DNA of 64,000 nt, taken from contig CAYHGP010000001.1 in assembly GCA_964356195.1 (NCBI GenBank), positions 43,513-107,512 on the forward strand, written 5' to 3'. The stretch is from an uncultured Candidatus Peribacteria bacterium (GTDB lineage Bacteria > Patescibacteriota > Gracilibacteria > UBA1369 > 2-02-FULL-48-14). Position 1 is the first letter of the stretch, and each line of letters starts with the position of its first letter. Positions 61,100 to 64,000 of the stretch are shown piece after piece. The notes under the pieces are model-generated. The model worked only from the letters and a program-made list of their open reading frames with translations. It did not search any database and was not told the origin of the DNA. Position numbers and translations under genes: made by a program.

Positions 61100-61111
61100 T
61101 CCTTTTCAGTT

Positions 61112-63244
61112 ATGAAAAAACAGATTTCTTTACTCAGTTTAGCCGGTTTGCTTTTCAGCTTGGTACCGACTTTGGCATTTGCGTATTCCGGTGTCACTCT
61201 TGCCAATACGGAGGCCGACGGCGTCTCCTATTGTAACTACAGTGGGGGTTTTTATATTTGTGCGGGTGAAACGACGGATGCGAGTGATGCTGGTGTGGAC
61301 GACGTTTACCTTCCTACGGATGAGAATGACAACCTTGTCGTTGGGTTTTCGGAAATGTTTGATGGTGTGGCTTTGGACGTCACTACGGATGCGGACGGCT
61401 ATGATTCAACTTTCTTTGATACGGCTGGGGGCCGGTATGACTTTGAGTATTGGAATGGAACGGATTGGATAGACCTGGAATATAGCTTGGGGTCCATGCT
61501 CACGACGACTTATGATTTCGACAATGGAAGCGAAGGCGTTTTGTACAAAACCTGGATTCGGCCTGACGACTGGGCCACGAAGGTGATCACTACCGCCAGC
61601 TCCAGTTCTCTTTACTATGTACGTTTGATTGCAACGGCGGATTACTCCACCACTGGTCTCGCCGGGGGAGTGGGCATTATTGATTACAACTTAAAAGTTG
61701 AAGTGCTTGATGAGTTGGGCTACGCCATTGAAGGTCTTGAGGAAAGCGACTTTGTTTTGGCAGCCACCGGAAGCGCCGACGACACTATTTATGCTTTTGA
61801 AGATTTGGGCGATGGGCTCTATGGGTTTGCCGTGGATGCGCCCACCGCTACGGGCTCCGAATACGAATTGTCTGTTTTCCCTTCCGGCTTTGTGGAACAG
61901 GATCCGGCACGTACAGCGGTGGACTTGGATTTTGGCGAAACGCTTTATGATGATTTCGACATTCCTTACAGTCATCTTTTTATGGCGGAAAATGAAGCGG
62001 GAATAGAGGTGGGTATTGAGGAAGCAACAGCGGGAGTTACTCCTGTGGATTGTCTTATTGATGGAGTGGAGGCTTATTGTCCCGTGGATATTGGCAATGA
62101 TGGCAGCGGAGCCGAGGCGTATGTGTATACGGATGGTTATGTGGCACTCACGGGGACGATTACCAATCGGAACTCCAGTAACATGACTCAGGCCCAAGAG
62201 TCCTACGTCTTGGACTATGGCTACGTTGCAACGGTCAAAGATGCCGCCGGAAATCCTTTGACGTCCGCTACGGTGAAGGCTGGAGATGATCTTAGTCTTA
62301 CCTGTGATTACATCGGCAGCGGCCATTATGGATGTCCTATTTCTCTCTCGGATGCTGAGCCTTTGGTGCGTATTTCCGCTACAGGTTATGAAACTTTGGA
62401 CAGCGTATTCGGTAGTGAACGAAGTGCACCTGCTTCTGCACAAGTGGCCACCACCTTTAGACTTACGGAAGATACTGGAGAGCCGGATCCGGATCCTACG
62501 CCTGACCCTACGGATGACGGAACGGACACGGACAGCGATGGACTTACCGACGTGGAAGAAGGTGAGCTTGGCACCGATGAAAATGATTCGGACAGCGACA
62601 ATGATGGCATTCGCGACGGGGCTGAAGTGGACGGAGCTACGGATCCTTTGGACAGTTCGGACTACCTTGCGAATGGAGAAGATTTTTACATCGACTGCAG
62701 TGACCCTTTTGTAGACACTGCCGGAAACTTCGCGGAGCAATCCATTTGTATTTTGCATGATGAGGGAGTGGTGCAAGGCCGCAGTTCTACCGAATATGAG
62801 CCCAGCGCTTCCATCACTCGTGCGGAGTTCCTGAAGATTGCCTTGCTCAATGCGGGTCTTACCGTGACTGAGGACAGCAGCGTTGAATATGACGATGTGG
62901 ACGCCAGTGCTTGGTACTACTCCTACGTCACTTACGCTACGGCGGAAGGTTATGTTGAAGGTTACGACGATGGCACTTTTCATCCCGATGAAGAGATCAA
63001 CCGAGCGGAAGCCATGATCATGATGCTGCGCATTGCGGGTGTTGCCGAAACAACGGTGAGTGAATCCGACATCACCTTTGACGATGTTTCTTCAAGTGAT
63101 TGGTTTGCTTGGGCCGTTGTGGAAGCTTCCGATAATAAAATCTCCGAAGGATACGAAGATGACACGTTTAAACCTGGAAACAGCATCACGCGCGCCGAAG
63201 TGGCGGTGATTGCTCGCCGTGTTTGGTATGTCTATTACGAGTAG
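61112..63244 (+). CDS. Secreted surface protein with TSP3-type acidic calcium-binding repeats and three C-terminal SLH domains
   Basis: Signal peptide MKKQISLLSLAGLLFSLVPTLAFA. DTDSDGLTDVEEGELGTDENDSDSDNDGIRDGAE. Three SLH blocks (FVDTAGNFAEQSI...ITRAEF; YDDVDASAWYYSYV...INRAEA; FDDVSSSDWFAWAV...ITRAEV). Confidence 0.8.
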   Translation: MKKQISLLSLAGLLFSLVPTLAFAYSGVTLANTEADGVSYCNYSGGFYICAGETTDASDAGVDDVYLPTDENDNLVVGFSEMFDGVALDVTTDADGYDSTFFDTAGGRYDFEYWNGTDWIDLEYSLGSMLTTTYDFDNGSEGVLYKTWIRPDDWATKVITTASSSSLYYVRLIATADYSTTGLAGGVGIIDYNLKVEVLDELGYAIEGLEESDFVLAATGSADDTIYAFEDLGDGLYGFAVDAPTATGSEYELSVFPSGFVEQDPARTAVDLDFGETLYDDFDIPYSHLFMAENEAGIEVGIEEATAGVTPVDCLIDGVEAYCPVDIGNDGSGAEAYVYTDGYVALTGTITNRNSSNMTQAQESYVLDYGYVATVKDAAGNPLTSATVKAGDDLSLTCDYIGSGHYGCPISLSDAEPLVRISATGYETLDSVFGSERSAPASAQVATTFRLTEDTGEPDPDPTPDPTDDGTDTDSDGLTDVEEGELGTDENDSDSDNDGIRDGAEVDGATDPLDSSDYLANGEDFYIDCSDPFVDTAGNFAEQSICILHDEGVVQGRSSTEYEPSASITRAEFLKIALLNAGLTVTEDSSVEYDDVDASAWYYSYVTYATAEGYVEGYDDGTFHPDEEINRAEAMIMMLRIAGVAETTVSESDITFDDVSSSDWFAWAVVEASDNKISEGYEDDTFKPGNSITRAEVAVIARRVWYVYYE

Positions 63245-63503
63245 GAGAGTAGACACGAAGCTTGACTTTTATGCAGCCTTAGGGCAAAGTATCTCACGAC
63301 AAAAGAACGACAGTGTTCGTGAAATCCATTCAGGCGGACTTTGGGCGCTTTACGGCGCACGGTGTGTCCCACCGTTCCAATTACGCCCGGGTTCACGGCA
63401 CAACGTCGTTCTTTGTTATAGAGGAGAATAAAGATGCCGCTCACACAAAAGCCTTTCTTTTCGTTTTTGAATCTGCTTATATAACCCAGTTCGTACCAAG
63501 CGT

Positions 63504-63578
63504 GCCATCGTAGCTCAGTGGTAGAGCACCACCATGGTAAGGTGGGGGTCGACGGTTCAATCCCGTTCGATGGCTCCA
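63504..63578 (+). tRNA. tRNA-Thr (anticodon GGT), CCA encoded
   Basis: GCCATCG-TA-GCTC-AGTGGTA-GAGC-A-CCACC-ATGGTAA-GGTGG-GGGTC-GACGG-TTCAATC-CCGTT-CGATGGC-T-CCA. Confidence 0.92.
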
Positions 63579-63582
63579 GTTT

Positions 63583-63963
63583 TTAGAACAAGGTAAACCT
63601 CACGTTCCAGCCGCTCTTCAAAATGGTGTTGAGGACGGGGTTTTTGATTTCCATGGGGTCGAAGCGGTAGTCGTAGATTTTGCCGAGTGATAAGTTTTCT
63701 TTGATGCCCCAGGCTTTGCCGATGGAGACGCCCATGAGGATGCCTCGGAAGAAAGTCCAACGGTAGCTTACGCCGGCTGGGCCGGCACCCCAGTTGACGG
63801 AGCTGGTGACATCGGTGAGGTGGACTTCGTGTTTTTCGGGGACAAATTTGACGTGGAGACGGTAAATGGAAGTGAGGCCGGCTTTGCGGAAAATTTCCCA
63901 CCATTTGGCGTCTACATATTTCCACGTTATGAGGAGGTGTTTGGGATCTTTTTCTGTGACCAT
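63583..63963 (-). CDS. Hypothetical protein (126 aa from the first Met; may extend beyond the window)
   Basis: Open frame with Trp/Lys-rich sequence and no recognised motif. The start is near the window edge, so the N-terminus is uncertain. Confidence 0.35.
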   Translation of the reverse strand: MVTEKDPKHLLITWKYVDAKWWEIFRKAGLTSIYRLHVKFVPEKHEVHLTDVTSSVNWGAGPAGVSYRWTFFRGILMGVSIGKAWGIKENLSLGKIYDYRFDPMEIKNPVLNTILKSGWNVRFTLF

Positions 63964-64000
63964 GACTGGGGCGTCGTAGGTGTTGATGCTTAAGATATCT

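Noticed and set aside
61691-62983. Long antisense ORFs in the track. Examples: 61691-62983 (-) 430 aa, 8419-9372 (-) 317 aa, 3759-4673 (+) 304 aa, 17743-18456 (-) 237 aa, 18383-19231 (+) 282 aa, 36783-37457 (-) 224 aa, 49009-49578 (-) 189 aa, 50515-51138 (-) 207 aa, 56469-57134 (-) 221 aa.
   Set aside because: Each lies entirely opposite a gene with strong family motifs. Their translations are low-complexity or Arg/Ser/His-rich with no recognisable motifs. They are typical shadow ORFs.
63303-63413. Identification of the nested-helix element as SRP (4.5S) RNA, 6S RNA or RNase P RNA.
   Set aside because: The conserved SRP helix-8 sequence (GGUCCGGAAGGAAGCAGC-like with a GNRA loop) is absent on both strands. 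So are the RNase P GAGGAAAGUCC-type block and the 6S central-bubble layout. It is kept only as an unassigned candidate.
1-64000. CRISPR arrays, rRNA genes, transposases, integrases, prophage genes.
   Set aside because: I saw no regularly spaced direct repeats. No translations have DDE/tyrosine/serine recombinase or phage structural motifs. No intergenic gap is long enough for rRNA.
1-64000. Alternative genetic code (UGA read as an amino acid), as in some uncultivated lineages.
   Set aside because: Well-conserved genes end at TGA at their expected C-termini (aroC at 18445-18447, ferredoxin at 28064-28066). RF2, which reads UGA, is intact.

Overview
This is a gene-dense, mostly housekeeping chromosomal window from a bacterium that uses the standard genetic code. 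TGA is used as a stop (for example aroC and the ferredoxin gene), and an intact RF2 gene is present. All calls come from reading the supplied translations and the DNA by eye; no database search was possible.

Content in order:
- ftsZ 3' end
- A cell-envelope block: secreted HExxH protein, FemAB-like transferase, lipoprotein, MOP-family flippase
- def and prfB
- RNase J
- A 467-bp non-coding region with repeated TTATGCACA-type boxes and an AT-rich tract just upstream of dnaN (candidate oriC, no dnaA beside it), then dnaN and mfd
- A two-gene orphan operon
- tmRNA (ssrA)
- A complete, tightly overlapped shikimate/Phe/Tyr cluster (aroC; aroA-aroK-aroQ-aroE-DAHP synthase-aroB-prephenate dehydratase-prephenate dehydrogenase::chorismate mutase-aminotransferase), placed head-to-head with a U32-family gene that is translationally coupled to a ferredoxin
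- A 580-aa orphan, an ABC-F ATPase and a SAM methyltransferase
- A hyper-acidic SLH protein
- A tandem-fused double D-Ala-D-Ala-ligase-like gene
- arfB, a UPF0489-like gene, an orphan histidine kinase, a Wzy_C/O-antigen-ligase-like protein, rdgB, a glutaredoxin and an O-methyltransferase
- A class A PBP
- pheS-SemiSWEET-pheT
- Two vapBC-type toxin-antitoxin pairs
- HU, topA, a 915-aa secreted orphan, PMM/PGM, an M23 peptidase, nadE and smpB
- Small acidic lipoproteins
- tRNA-Ser(GGA), rpmB, an M50 protease, a 710-aa SLH protein and tRNA-Thr(GGT)

I found no rRNA, CRISPR array, transposase or integrase.

Most interesting observations:
- The U32-ferredoxin pair linked to the prephenate-supply cluster.
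- The Ddl-Ddl fusion.
- The dnaA-less origin-like region.
- A tmRNA with a predicted 30-codon tag.
- A SemiSWEET gene embedded in pheST.
- Several orphan proteins.
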